Assembly (NCBI GenBank): GCA_045646485.1
Contig: JAZRKU010000058.1
Location: forward strand, 596-64,595
Source of the DNA: Acutalibacteraceae bacterium
GTDB lineage: Bacteria; Bacillota; Clostridia; Oscillospirales; Acutalibacteraceae
Length of the DNA stretch: 64,000 nucleotides
Direction: 5' to 3'
A program made the position numbers and the translations under genes. The notes below the pieces were generated by a model. That model was not told where the DNA came from. It saw only the letters and a list, made by a program, of their open reading frames with translations, and made no database searches. This document shows, piece by piece, positions 39,694 to 49,368 of this stretch (position 1 is the first letter of the stretch; the number at the start of each line of letters is the position of its first letter).

Positions 39694-40861
39694 CTGAATT
39701 TATAAGGATTTTCTTTATTCCGTTAAATGCTTCTTCGCAAAGAGCATCAACATCGAGTGGTTCTTCTGCTTTTTCAATATCAGCTAAAATTGGTTTTGTT
39801 TTCGGGTGCTTAGGAGTGAACACCGTGCAACAATCCTCATAAGGCTGAATTGAAATTTCAAAAGTGTTTATTTGTCTTGAAATTTTTATAATCTCTTCTT
39901 TATCCATACCGATAACGGGACGGAAAACAGGGAGAGATGAAACTGCGTCGGTACAGCCGAGAGCCAACATAGTCTGACTTGCAACCTGAGCAACACTTTC
40001 GCCTGTAATAAGAGCGTGACAATCACATTTTTCTGCGAGCATATTTGCAATTCGCATCATAAAGCGACGCATAATAAGAGTAAAGCAGTCTTCAGGACAC
40101 TTTTCTCTTATTTCTTCCTGAATATGAGTAAAAGGTACTGTGTAAAGAGAAATTCTGCCACTGTAAAGGGCAACTTTTGAAAGTAATTCGTGAACCTTTT
40201 GCTCAGCTCTTTCTGAGGTGTATGGAGGTGAAGCAAAGTGAATAGCAGAAAGGTCTATGCCTCTTTTTGCCATCATATAACCTGCAACGGGACTGTCGAT
40301 ACCACCTGAAATGAGGAGCATACCCTTACCTGACGTGCCAACAGGCATACCGCCGGCACCTTTTGTCTGGTTACCTCTTATATACGCTTCTTCGCGTATT
40401 TCTACAGTTACGGTGATCTCAGGGTTATGAACGTCAACCGTAAGATGAGGGAAGGACTCTAAAAGTCGTTCACCGAGCATTGCAGAAATCTGAGGAGAAG
40501 TGAGAGGGAATTTTTTATCTGCTCTTTTTGCTTCAACCTTGAACGTTGAAACCTCGTCTAACTGCTCCTTTAAATAAACAGGAGCAAGGTCGAGAATTTT
40601 ATCAATATCCTTTTCGGTGACTGCTGCTCTTGAAAAACCTGCGATTCCGAAAACATGAGAGATTTCGTAGCAGACTGCTTCAAAATCAATTCCATCATCA
40701 AGTGGAGTGATTGTTATTGTAGACTGAGCCTTTTTAAATTGAAAGTTACCGTATTTTTTTATACGCCAACGTATGTTTTTAACTAAAACGTCTTCAAACG
40801 TAGAACGGTTTAAGCCTTTTAATGCTAATTCGCCGTCTTTAATGAGAATAATTTCTTTCAT
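39674..40861 (-). CDS. thiI: tRNA 4-thiouridine(8) synthase ThiI
   Basis: THUMP-like N-terminus and PP-loop LISGGIDSPVAGYM; 395 aa. Confidence 0.93.
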   Translation of the reverse strand: MKEIILIKDGELALKGLNRSTFEDVLVKNIRWRIKKYGNFQFKKAQSTITITPLDDGIDFEAVCYEISHVFGIAGFSRAAVTEKDIDKILDLAPVYLKEQLDEVSTFKVEAKRADKKFPLTSPQISAMLGERLLESFPHLTVDVHNPEITVTVEIREEAYIRGNQTKGAGGMPVGTSGKGMLLISGGIDSPVAGYMMAKRGIDLSAIHFASPPYTSERAEQKVHELLSKVALYSGRISLYTVPFTHIQEEIREKCPEDCFTLIMRRFMMRIANMLAEKCDCHALITGESVAQVASQTMLALGCTDAVSSLPVFRPVIGMDKEEIIKISRQINTFEISIQPYEDCCTVFTPKHPKTKPILADIEKAEEPLDVDALCEEAFNGIKKILINSDGVQNG

Positions 40862-40863
40862 AT

Positions 40864-41991
40864 TTATCCTTTTCCGTATTTTTTATCTATTTCTTTTATT
40901 GCTTCAATAAGAAGCTCTGTTTCTTCTTTTGTGTTATATCTTGAAAAACTTATTCTTACAGCACTGTCAATTCTTTCGGGTGAAAGACCCATAGCGGTAA
41001 GAACCGGACTTCTGTGCCCCATTTTACAAGCAGAGCCTGCTGATATCTGAATATTTCTTTCGCTCATAAAATTTACAATCGGCTGACTCGGTAAGCCCTT
41101 GATTGAAATATTAAGGATATAAGGGATAGCGTCAATAGGTGAATTTATTTCTACAGATTTAAGTTCCTTAATGTTTTCAACAAGATAAGTGTTAAGCTCT
41201 TTTACCTTCTCGGAGTTTTTTTGTATTTCGGCGGCTTCTTCTGCGGCAGCGCCAAAGCCGAGAATAACAGGCATTCCCTGTGTACCTGCAAAAATATTAC
41301 CTTCCTGTTCTCCGCCTAAAACATAAGGCTTAATTATATTTTTTTGTTTCAAATAAATTCCGCCAACGCCTTTTGGTCCGTGTATTTTGTGAGCACTTAC
41401 TGTTATGATATCTGCCCCGAGAGTGTTTGGTGAAACAGGTATTTTGCCGAGAGCCTGTACACAATCGCTGTGAATAATCGCAGGAGCTTTTGCTCTTTTT
41501 ATTGCAGAGCGGATTTTTGCTATAGGTAAAACCGTACCGACTTCGTTGTTGACTGCCATGCAGGAAACAAGAATTGTTTTGTCGTTAATTGCAGAGAAAA
41601 ACTCGTCTTCGTTAACTTTACCGTTTTTGTCAGGTGCAAGTCTTACAACCTCAACACCACTTTGCTCAAGTCTTTTTAAAGGCTCAGAAACACTTGGGTG
41701 CTCTATTGCGGTGGTAACAATTCTGTTACCGAGTCTTTTTTGCTTTTCGTAAGCGCCAAAAATAGCGGTGTTGTTGGCAGTTGTGCCGGAAGAGGTGAAA
41801 AAGAAGTTTTCGTGCTGACAACCTATGAGGGTGGAAATCTGCTTTCTGGCTTTTGTTAACTCGTTATTTGCTTCAGTACCGAGTGAGTGTAAAGAAGAGG
41901 GGTTTCCCCAACATTCAGAAAGTGCAAAATTAATTGCATTTATTGATTTTTCACAAGGTTTTGTTGTGGCACTGTTATCAAAATAAGCCAA
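40864..41991 (-). CDS. Cysteine desulfurase (NifS/IscS class)
   Basis: SAHKIHGPKGVGGIY (PLP-Lys) and SAGSACK active-site Cys loop. Directly upstream of thiI. Confidence 0.9.
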   Translation of the reverse strand: MAYFDNSATTKPCEKSINAINFALSECWGNPSSLHSLGTEANNELTKARKQISTLIGCQHENFFFTSSGTTANNTAIFGAYEKQKRLGNRIVTTAIEHPSVSEPLKRLEQSGVEVVRLAPDKNGKVNEDEFFSAINDKTILVSCMAVNNEVGTVLPIAKIRSAIKRAKAPAIIHSDCVQALGKIPVSPNTLGADIITVSAHKIHGPKGVGGIYLKQKNIIKPYVLGGEQEGNIFAGTQGMPVILGFGAAAEEAAEIQKNSEKVKELNTYLVENIKELKSVEINSPIDAIPYILNISIKGLPSQPIVNFMSERNIQISAGSACKMGHRSPVLTAMGLSPERIDSAVRISFSRYNTKEETELLIEAIKEIDKKYGKG

Positions 41992-42078
41992 AGAGCATAC
42001 ACCTCCATTTAACCAAAATATTATACAATATAAAAGAGTTTTTGTAAATGCTTTTAATAAAGTTTTGCGTTTAAAAAA

Positions 42079-42108
42079 TGAATAAATTCTTAAATTTTCG
42101 GCAAAATA
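42079..42108 (+). promoter_or_regulatory. Sigma-G-like forespore promoter upstream of ypeB
   Basis: TGAATA-17 nt-CAAAATA, compared with the recalled consensus TGAATA-N17/18-CATACTA. Lies 30 nt upstream of ATG 42138. Confidence 0.45.
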
Positions 42109-42137
42109 ATTACAAAAATTTGAAAAAGGTGATAAAA

Positions 42138-43478
42138 ATGAAAAAAAGCAGAAGAAAAACGGTGCGGATAGTATCTTTTTTAACAGCTATAATGGTTACT
42201 CTTATAACTTTAAGTGTAGTCAGTACTGCAAAATACATTAAGACAGAAAGACTACTTAATGCATCGAGAGAAAGAGCACTCACAGAGCTCGGAACAAACC
42301 TTGATACAATAAGCCTCAATTTAGATAAATGTCTTTATGCTTCAACTTCGCCGATGATTACAACTGTTTCAACCGAAGTGTGGCGAGCTTCAACTGCTGC
42401 TAAAACAAATTTATCTGAAATTACCGACGGAGAAGCAGAGCTTTCGGCAATTTATAAATTTTTGTCGCAGGTCGGGGAGTATATGATGTCATTAAACGAA
42501 AAAAGCACTGCGGGAGAAAAAATATCAGAAGAAGAAATTGAAACACTTGAAAATTTAAGTCAATACGCAGAAAAGCTAAGTAAGGATATCAATTATTTAA
42601 TAAACGAAGAGCAAAATGGTTCGCTTGATTTTGAACACGTGAAAACCACCTTGGCAGAAGAAAATAATGAAAAGCTTTATATAGGCACAGAGCTTGATGA
42701 TGCAAAGCAGACAATGTCTGATTACCCGACGTTGATTTATGACGGACCATTTTCAGACAATATAGATACTAAAAAATCAAAACTAATTGAAAATCTGCCT
42801 GAAATCTCAAAGGAAGAGGCTTTAAAAAAGGCGGCATCTTTTTTAAATATAAAAGAAACAGATTTATATTTTTTAAGCGAATGTCAGGGGAATCTCGGGT
42901 GCTACAGCTTTTATAACACAGATTTAACCGTTTCAGTTACTAAAAAAGGCGGAATTGTGTCGTATTTTTTATCATCACGCTTCGCAGATGAAATAACAAT
43001 AAGCTATGAAGATGCCATTGAAAAGGCAAAGCTTTTTCTCAACGACAGAGGCTATAAAAATGTAAAAGAAAGCTATTATGCTGAGATAGATGGTATTTTA
43101 ACAATAAATTTTGCTTTTTTTGAAAATAATGTAACTTATTACACCGATTTGATAAAGGTCAGTGTAGCGCTTGATAACGGTGAAGTTACCGCGTTTGATT
43201 CAACCGGATATCTTATGAATCACACACAGAGAGAAATTAAATCAAAATATAAATATGATATAAAAGACGCAGAAAAGCTCCTTAACTCGTCATTGGAGGT
43301 AAAATCTTCAAAAAAAGCGTTTATTCCAACTGATTACGGAACAGAAATTTTTGCATATGAATATCATTGTGTAGCAAAGGATGAACAGGAGGTTCTTATT
43401 TATATTGACCCTACAACAGGTAATGAGGCAGAAATTTTAGTGTTGCTTTATTCGGATAACGGAGTACTCACAAAATAA
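42138..43478 (+). CDS. ypeB: Germination protein YpeB
   Basis: N-terminal TM helix. Blocks collinear with B. subtilis YpeB as I recall it: EVWRASTAAKTNLSEI versus DVWRITSEAHNSVSQL, and IKVSVALDNGEVTAFDSTGYL versus MKVALDDGEVVGFSARDFL. Start moved to ATG 42138 (AAAAGGTGA SD), downstream of a sigma-G-like promoter. Confidence 0.8.
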   Translation: MKKSRRKTVRIVSFLTAIMVTLITLSVVSTAKYIKTERLLNASRERALTELGTNLDTISLNLDKCLYASTSPMITTVSTEVWRASTAAKTNLSEITDGEAELSAIYKFLSQVGEYMMSLNEKSTAGEKISEEEIETLENLSQYAEKLSKDINYLINEEQNGSLDFEHVKTTLAEENNEKLYIGTELDDAKQTMSDYPTLIYDGPFSDNIDTKKSKLIENLPEISKEEALKKAASFLNIKETDLYFLSECQGNLGCYSFYNTDLTVSVTKKGGIVSYFLSSRFADEITISYEDAIEKAKLFLNDRGYKNVKESYYAEIDGILTINFAFFENNVTYYTDLIKVSVALDNGEVTAFDSTGYLMNHTQREIKSKYKYDIKDAEKLLNSSLEVKSSKKAFIPTDYGTEIFAYEYHCVAKDEQEVLIYIDPTTGNEAEILVLLYSDNGVLTK

Positions 43479-43549
43479 GAATAATGAGAATATTTTGTGG
43501 GAAAATAAAACGGGAGTAGAACACTCACTCCGGAAAGGATGTGAAAGAA

Positions 43550-43834
43550 ATGAAAAAGATTATCACACTCGGTTTTGCAATATTAGCAATTGCAATGGTA
43601 GCAGTTTTATTTTACGGTTGCGGCAATGATGCTGAGGATATGACAACAACAAATCCGACAACCGAATCTACAACTGATACAACAATGGATATCGTAACAG
43701 TACCTGATAAAAACGACGGTGTTGTTTCTGATGTTTCAGGTGAAAATAACGAAGGCATTGTCGGCGATATTGTTGACGGCGTGTCTGAAGGCGTATCTGA
43801 AGGTCTTACAGATATCAGAGATGCAATAGAATAA
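43550..43834 (+). CDS. Small acidic lipoprotein, function unknown
   Basis: Lipobox LFYGCG after a signal helix; Thr/Asp/Glu-rich mature part. Start placed at ATG 43550 (AAAGGA 10 nt upstream) rather than GTG 43541. Confidence 0.55.
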   Translation: MKKIITLGFAILAIAMVAVLFYGCGNDAEDMTTTNPTTESTTDTTMDIVTVPDKNDGVVSDVSGENNEGIVGDIVDGVSEGVSEGLTDIRDAIE

Positions 43835-43871
43835 AAAATAAAGACTGAAGAATTATGAGTTCTTCAGTCTT
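43832..43871 (-). terminator. Terminator after the zinc-ribbon gene (may also stop the convergent lipoprotein gene)
   Basis: AAGACTGAAGAA/TTCTTCAGTCTT stem with UUUAUUUUUU on the minus strand. Confidence 0.8.
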
Positions 43872-43890
43872 AAAACTTGTATTCTATTAA

Positions 43891-44799
43891 CTAAATTCCG
43901 AAAAATGTATATTTCATGCCGAAAACAGTAAAACCGGTAATTTCACCATTTTCATCATAAATCGGATCTTCAAATGCACAAAAAAAGTCGTCTTCTTCAA
44001 AATACTCGATATTACCATTGTTTTCTACACCTGTAAGCCACAATCCATGTAATTCATCAGTTGAAACGAGTATGTAGGAAAATGTACTGCTATCTGGATA
44101 CTGTATAATAAAGACAGTATCCCCATGAAAAAGGAATGTGTAATATGACTGTCCTGTATAGGTTTCCACTTGGTACGAACCGTTGTTTTTCAGTCTCATA
44201 ACAAAACTATCCATATATTTAGAAGTATCTTTATAACCATTAAGAGTTGTAAAGATTTTCTTAGCAGATGCATATTTACCATGGTTGTAGTAATCGATTG
44301 CTTTTTGATAATTCAATTCAATATAGGCTTCATCTACACCGGGATGACCATGAATAATGCCTAAATATTTGTCAGCGGTATCAAAATTATGATTTGCAAT
44401 ACACTCTAAAGATTGTTCAAGAAGGACAGATTTTTGGTTTTCAAGTAAAGTGGCAGAATCTTTATACCAAACGATATCTTCAAAGGTATAATAACTTCTT
44501 ACAGGGTTTACTGTTGAGGCAGTAACCGCTTCGTTATAAAGTGAGTTTACGTATAGTAAATATGCAGATGGTACGCTTATTATGGCAACTAAAAGAAGGA
44601 TAAGTATAATTTTTAATGCTTTACCCTTTTTCTTTTTTTGTTTAGGATTCGGTTCATTAACAGGTTGTATCGGTTGAGAATTCTGATTAGTATTAAGTAC
44701 GCTGTTCTGAGTATCTGAAATATTTAGATTTGCAGCACAAAACGGACAAGTAGTAATATTTTCTAATAGGATATTGTTTTTACAATTAGGACATATCAT
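43891..44799 (-). CDS. Zinc-ribbon / single-TM / extracytoplasmic repeat protein, function unknown
   Basis: Start moved to ATG 44799 (GGAGGGTG SD): MICPNCKNNILLENITTCPFCAANL (CxxC...CxxC). This is followed by a Q/N/P linker, TM helix ILILLLVAIISVPSAYLLYV, and a motif YQKAIDYYNHGKYASAKKIFTTLNGYKDTSKY shared with the 874-aa protein. Confidence 0.6.
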   Translation of the reverse strand: MICPNCKNNILLENITTCPFCAANLNISDTQNSVLNTNQNSQPIQPVNEPNPKQKKKKGKALKIILILLLVAIISVPSAYLLYVNSLYNEAVTASTVNPVRSYYTFEDIVWYKDSATLLENQKSVLLEQSLECIANHNFDTADKYLGIIHGHPGVDEAYIELNYQKAIDYYNHGKYASAKKIFTTLNGYKDTSKYMDSFVMRLKNNGSYQVETYTGQSYYTFLFHGDTVFIIQYPDSSTFSYILVSTDELHGLWLTGVENNGNIEYFEEDDFFCAFEDPIYDENGEITGFTVFGMKYTFFGI

Positions 44800-44911
44800 T
44801 TTATCACCCTCCGATTGTAGTTTAACACAACCTCGGGTTGTTGTCAATGACTAAGTTTTATTGTTTTACCTGACAACTTCTTGTTGTTATTATTGTGTTA
44901 GGGTGGTGCTT

Positions 44912-45244
44912 ATGGTAGAAAATTTGAAAAAATTACGTATTAAATTTGGTTTTTCACAACAAGAATTGGCAGATAAACTTGGCGTAAGTCAGCAATCTGT
45001 TAATAAATATGAAAATCATAACATTGAACCGGATATATCGGTATTGAAAAATATGGCATCGTTGTTCGAGACATCGGTAGATTATTTAATTGGTTATACG
45101 GAAATAGATCATGTTATTGAAAATGTGGAAGAATATGATTTAAATGAGCAAGAATCAATTCTTGTATCGGGATACCGTAAACTTTCATCAGACGAAAGAA
45201 AAAGTATTGACTTAGTTTTAAAAAATTATATAGCTAAAAAGTGA
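44912..45244 (+). CDS. XRE-family helix-turn-helix transcriptional regulator
   Basis: LKKLRIKFGFSQQELADKLGVSQQSVNKYENH is a classic HTH_3. Start moved to ATG 44912 (AGGGTGG SD). Divergent from the zinc-ribbon gene. Confidence 0.85.
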   Translation: MVENLKKLRIKFGFSQQELADKLGVSQQSVNKYENHNIEPDISVLKNMASLFETSVDYLIGYTEIDHVIENVEEYDLNEQESILVSGYRKLSSDERKSIDLVLKNYIAKK

Positions 45245-45255
45245 TGCTCATAAGA

Positions 45256-45948
45256 TTATGTAGCATCGCTTTTTATTTTTAAAGTTTTTAAATAATTTTT
45301 TTGTTCGGCAGAGATTCTGAAGCTCTCAACTGCTTTCTGAATTGTTTTGTTGTGAACCCATTTACTAAGTCTTTTTTCTTCTAAAAATTTAATTGTGACA
45401 TCATATTGTTTTGCTAAAGCAGTTGCAAAATACCAGGCTATCATCATATTTACGTAATATTCATCTGAGCGTATTTCAGAAATTTTAGTCATAATGGAAA
45501 CATCAAAGTTATCATCGAGATAATAAGTCATATACATTTTTATCGCAAAGCGGATTGTATAGGTGTGTGTGGAATTAAGCCATATATCAAGTTGTGTGGG
45601 TAAAACATCAAGGTGCTTTTTGAAAATTTTAATGCCCATAATATCACAGGTTGCCCAATTGTCAACAAAGGGCAGAAATTCATTTAACGCTTTAATTACG
45701 TCATCGTAATTTTTTATGTTTTCAAGAAGAAGTGCGTGAAGATTATATTCTTCTGTATATTTGTGCGGTAATGTTTTTAAAAATTCTTCTGCTTTTTTTG
45801 TGTTTCTTATTTCTTTTTCATATTTTCTTAAAACAGGAATCCTTATGCCGATTATGTTTTCTTTTTTTACCGTAGGAATAAGTTTTGAGTTGAACTCTCT
45901 GTAAATTTCATCTTGTAACAAAAACAACTCTTCTGTTATCTTTTTCAT
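45256..45948 (-). CDS. DNA alkylation repair (AlkD-like HEAT-repeat) family protein
   Basis: 230 aa. The N-terminal pattern YREFNSKLIPTVKKENIIGIRIPVLRKYEKEI and all-helical repeats resemble the DNA_alkylation family. Confidence 0.7.
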   Translation of the reverse strand: MKKITEELFLLQDEIYREFNSKLIPTVKKENIIGIRIPVLRKYEKEIRNTKKAEEFLKTLPHKYTEEYNLHALLLENIKNYDDVIKALNEFLPFVDNWATCDIMGIKIFKKHLDVLPTQLDIWLNSTHTYTIRFAIKMYMTYYLDDNFDVSIMTKISEIRSDEYYVNMMIAWYFATALAKQYDVTIKFLEEKRLSKWVHNKTIQKAVESFRISAEQKNYLKTLKIKSDAT

Positions 45949-46057
45949 AAAATCACCGTCAATATATTATCATTTTTTTGTAGGTTTGTAAATTGACTTT
46001 TAATAGCAATTATGGTAGATTATCCTATATGAAAATAATCTCGTCGGGGGGATTTTT

Positions 46058-47074
46058 ATGAGTAAAAAAAATAATAAAAAATCAAGCAAAAAAATCGTTA
46101 AAACTATTGTTAAGGTTGTTTCTTCTTTATTAGCACTTTTAATTGCTATAATGCTTGGTGCAACCGCGTTGTGTTATGCTTCTGCGGGTGAAAAGCCAAA
46201 AGAGGAACAAATGACTAATCCTTTCATTACAACTGACAAAGCACTTGTTTCTGCACACCGTTCAGGTGCCGATATTGCACCTGAAAATACAATGATGGCG
46301 TTTCAGTATTGTGTAGAAACAGAAGATTTCAACGTTGACGTGTTTGAATTTGACTTACATATTACGAAGGATAATAAGCTTATTCTTCTTCACGATGATA
46401 CTTTAGACAGAACTACAAATTCGGCTGAAGAATTTGGTTCTGAGGGTGTAAAACCAAGTGAGAAAACTTACGAAGAATTAAGCGTTCTTAATTTTGGCGA
46501 GAATTTTCAGTCACCGGACGGCGAATATCCTTACAGAGGTCTTCGTGGTGAAGATATTCCTGAAAACCTCAGAGTTGTACTTTTAGAAGAAGTACTTGAC
46601 TACCTTGAAGGTAACGGCGAGTTTACCTATATAATCGAAATAAAGGATAAGGGCGAAAACGGCTTTAAAGCAGCAGATGAGCTTTACAGAATTTTAAAAG
46701 AAAAAGATTTGCTCAGCAAAGTTGTTTTCGGAACCTTTAACGGTGACGTTACAAAATACGTGGATGAAAAATATCCTGATATGCTTCGTTCATCTTCAAT
46801 TGTAGAAGTTGTACTTTTCTATCTTGCGGCATCTTACAATATTGAACTAAGCGAAGATTTTTACAAGTTCGACGCTTTACAGATACCGACAAATCAGTAT
46901 GGTGTTTTATTGCTCGGTTCAGAACGTGTAGTGAATTATGCCCACAGGCATAACATTGCAGTTCAGTATTGGACAATAAATGAAGAAGATGAAATTGAGA
47001 GACTTAACTCAATAGGTGCAGACTGCATTATGTCAGATGTGCCTGATTTGGCTTATGATGTAATCAATAAATGA
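46058..47074 (+). CDS. Membrane-anchored glycerophosphodiester phosphodiesterase
   Basis: TM anchor followed by VSAHRSGADIAPENTMMAF, FEFDLHITKDNKLILLHDDTLDRTT and a GDPD catalytic His/Glu/Asp pattern. Confidence 0.85.
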   Translation: MSKKNNKKSSKKIVKTIVKVVSSLLALLIAIMLGATALCYASAGEKPKEEQMTNPFITTDKALVSAHRSGADIAPENTMMAFQYCVETEDFNVDVFEFDLHITKDNKLILLHDDTLDRTTNSAEEFGSEGVKPSEKTYEELSVLNFGENFQSPDGEYPYRGLRGEDIPENLRVVLLEEVLDYLEGNGEFTYIIEIKDKGENGFKAADELYRILKEKDLLSKVVFGTFNGDVTKYVDEKYPDMLRSSSIVEVVLFYLAASYNIELSEDFYKFDALQIPTNQYGVLLLGSERVVNYAHRHNIAVQYWTINEEDEIERLNSIGADCIMSDVPDLAYDVINK

Positions 47075-47122
47075 TTTTTGAGGGTGATGGTGTAACTGTC
47101 ACCCTATTTATAAGGAGTTTTT

Positions 47123-48496
47123 ATGGTTAAAGATATGACAAAAGGCAACCCTATGAAAATAATCATAAGGTTCTGCCTGCCTCTTATGATGGGGAATTTA
47201 TTTCAGCAATTTTATAATATGGCTGACACCATAATAGTCGGAAAATTTGTTGGTAAAACGGCACTTTCCGCAGTCGGCTCTGTAGGACCCTTAAACTTTC
47301 TCGTAATAGGTTCTATTCTTGGTCTTTGCACAGGCTTTGCAATTCCTATAGCACAAAGTTTTGGTGCACAGGATTTTAAAAAATTAAGAAAAATTACGGC
47401 GAATATTATTTATGTAAGTATAGCAATGGCTGTTTTGCTTACAATATTAGTTGTGGTATTTACAAAACCGCTTTTAAGAGTTTTAAATACACCAGATGAT
47501 ATTTTTACCGATGCTTACAATTATATTGTTATAATTTTTGCAGGTATTGGTGCAACAATGCTTTATAACATTGTTTCAAGTATTATCCGTTCATTAGGCG
47601 ACAGTAAAACTCCACTCTATTTCTTGATTTTTTCATCATTTTTAAATATCGGTTTAGACTTACTTTTAATTATTGTATTTAAAATGGGTGTAAGAGGCGC
47701 GGCAATTGCAACCGTGATTTCTCAACTTGTTTCGGGTATTCTTTGCCTTGTGTTTGTAACAAAAAATTATCCGATGCTTCACTTTCAAGAAGGCGACAAA
47801 AAAGTCGATTTCAAATGTATTAAAGAACTTATTGGTAACGGAATTCCGATGGCTTTGCAATGTTCAATTACTGCAATCGGTTCTGTAATGCTTCAGTCGT
47901 GTGTCAATACGTTGGGCTCAAACGCAATTGCGGCAATGACTATAGGTGCAAAAACTCAGCTTATGATTATTTTGCCGTCTGAAACTATAGGTATTACAAT
48001 GGCAACGTATTGTGGACAGAATCTTGGAGCCAAAAAATATGACAGAATCAAAAAAGGTGTTATAAATGCCACAATTTTAGGAATAGGTTATTCTTTTGTA
48101 GCATTTTTTATTGCGAGATATCTGGGCTCATATATAGGACTTTTGTTTATAGATGGCAGTGAAACTGCAGTTCTTGCCCTTTCACAAAGATTTTTAGATA
48201 CCTGTGCGTGGTTTTACCCGATACTTACTTTTATATTTATCTACAGAAACGCTTTGCAAGGTCTTGGCTTCGGCACAACCGCCATGTTTGCAGGCTTCTT
48301 TGAACTTGCCGCACGTGGTGGAGTAGGCTTCGGCTTTGTGCTGGAGTACGGCTTCGCCGCTGCTTGTTATGCAAACCCTGTAGCGTGGTTTGCGGCAGAT
48401 TTGCTACTTGTTCCTGCATATTTTGTAGTTATGAAAAAAATAAAAAAACAGTTCGGGCTTACAAATCAGGTTGAAGCGGGTGCGAAAAATGGTTGA
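47123..48496 (+). CDS. MATE-family efflux transporter
   Basis: 457 aa with 12 TM helices and the N-terminal pattern PLMMGNLFQQFYNMADTIIVGKFVG. Confidence 0.9.
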   Translation: MVKDMTKGNPMKIIIRFCLPLMMGNLFQQFYNMADTIIVGKFVGKTALSAVGSVGPLNFLVIGSILGLCTGFAIPIAQSFGAQDFKKLRKITANIIYVSIAMAVLLTILVVVFTKPLLRVLNTPDDIFTDAYNYIVIIFAGIGATMLYNIVSSIIRSLGDSKTPLYFLIFSSFLNIGLDLLLIIVFKMGVRGAAIATVISQLVSGILCLVFVTKNYPMLHFQEGDKKVDFKCIKELIGNGIPMALQCSITAIGSVMLQSCVNTLGSNAIAAMTIGAKTQLMIILPSETIGITMATYCGQNLGAKKYDRIKKGVINATILGIGYSFVAFFIARYLGSYIGLLFIDGSETAVLALSQRFLDTCAWFYPILTFIFIYRNALQGLGFGTTAMFAGFFELAARGGVGFGFVLEYGFAAACYANPVAWFAADLLLVPAYFVVMKKIKKQFGLTNQVEAGAKNG

Positions 48497-49289
48497 TTAT
48501 AAGAAGATAGAAAATTGTGTAAAAAAAGCAGGTCAGATGGTTCTTACTGCAAATTTAGAAAATGCATCTGTAGAAAAGAAAACAGGGGATGCAAATTTTT
48601 GCACAGAATATGATATAAAGGTTCAGCAGTATTTAATAGATGAGCTCTCAAAGATTTTGCCTGAAGCATCTTTTTTTGGAGAAGAAGATACAAGTAATAA
48701 CAAAAAAGATTTAAATAAAGAATACATTTTTTACATAGACCCCATAGACGGTACAACAAATTTTATGTTTAACTATGGTCATAGTTCGGTTTCGGTTGGT
48801 CTTTGTCACAATGGCGAAATGGTCGCAGGTTTTGTCTATAATCCATTCGTAGATAAACTTTATAAGGCAATTAAAAATAGAGGTGCTTTTCTTAATGATA
48901 AAAAAATTACAGTGAACGATTTATCTGTCGGTGAAGGAATTGTGGCTTTTGGTTGTGCACGTTATAATGCGTGTGATGTAGATATTCTTTTTGAAACAGT
49001 AAAAGAGTTGTTTTTAAAAAGTCTTTCAATAAGAAGCGGAGGTTCTGCGGCAATAGATATAAGTAGAGTTGCAGAAGGCAGTAATGTTATTTATTTAGAA
49101 TATAGATTACAGCCTTATGATTTTGCGGCGGCTTCAGTTATATTGGAAGAAGCAGGTGGCGTTATAACAAGAGTCGGTGGTGGAAAAATTTCATTAACAG
49201 AGCCTTGTTCGATTTTAGCCGGTACTAAAAAAGCACACGAAGAGGTTATGAAAATAGCAAAAGAAAAAGGCTGTAATAGCGAGTTTTAG
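48489..49289 (+). CDS. Inositol monophosphatase family protein (SuhB-like)
   Basis: FFGEE, IDPIDGTTNF and a C-terminal GG...D motif set. Start taken as ATG 48489 (MVDYKK...), overlapping the MATE gene by 8 nt. Confidence 0.85.
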   Translation: MVDYKKIENCVKKAGQMVLTANLENASVEKKTGDANFCTEYDIKVQQYLIDELSKILPEASFFGEEDTSNNKKDLNKEYIFYIDPIDGTTNFMFNYGHSSVSVGLCHNGEMVAGFVYNPFVDKLYKAIKNRGAFLNDKKITVNDLSVGEGIVAFGCARYNACDVDILFETVKELFLKSLSIRSGGSAAIDISRVAEGSNVIYLEYRLQPYDFAAASVILEEAGGVITRVGGGKISLTEPCSILAGTKKAHEEVMKIAKEKGCNSEF

Positions 49290-49307
49290 AGTAAAAAATG
49301 AAGGAAA

Positions 49308-49346
49308 AGGCTGTAAAAAAACTTACGTTTTTTACAGCCTCTTTTT
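49308..49346. terminator. Bidirectional terminator between suhB-like and LRR-dockerin genes
   Basis: AGGCTGTAAAAAA/TTTTTTACAGCCT stem with T-rich flanks on both strands. Confidence 0.8.
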
Positions 49347-49368
49347 AGGGGATAGGAAAAATTTTGTT

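Noticed and set aside
42078-42137. Longer N-terminal extensions offered by the ORF track (ypeB 42078, azlC 24472, spoIIR 23426, XRE 44861, zinc-ribbon 44847, rplU 20293, 750-aa gene 61595)
   Set aside because: In each case an internal ATG is preceded by a good SD at proper spacing and restores the family-typical N-terminus. The extensions overlap promoters or terminators or encode improbable peptides.
43541-45948. Prophage remnant or defence island around the XRE regulator
   Set aside because: There is no integrase, recombinase, phage structural gene, nuclease/ATPase pair or toxin-like small ORF. Flanking genes are ordinary housekeeping and base composition looks uniform.
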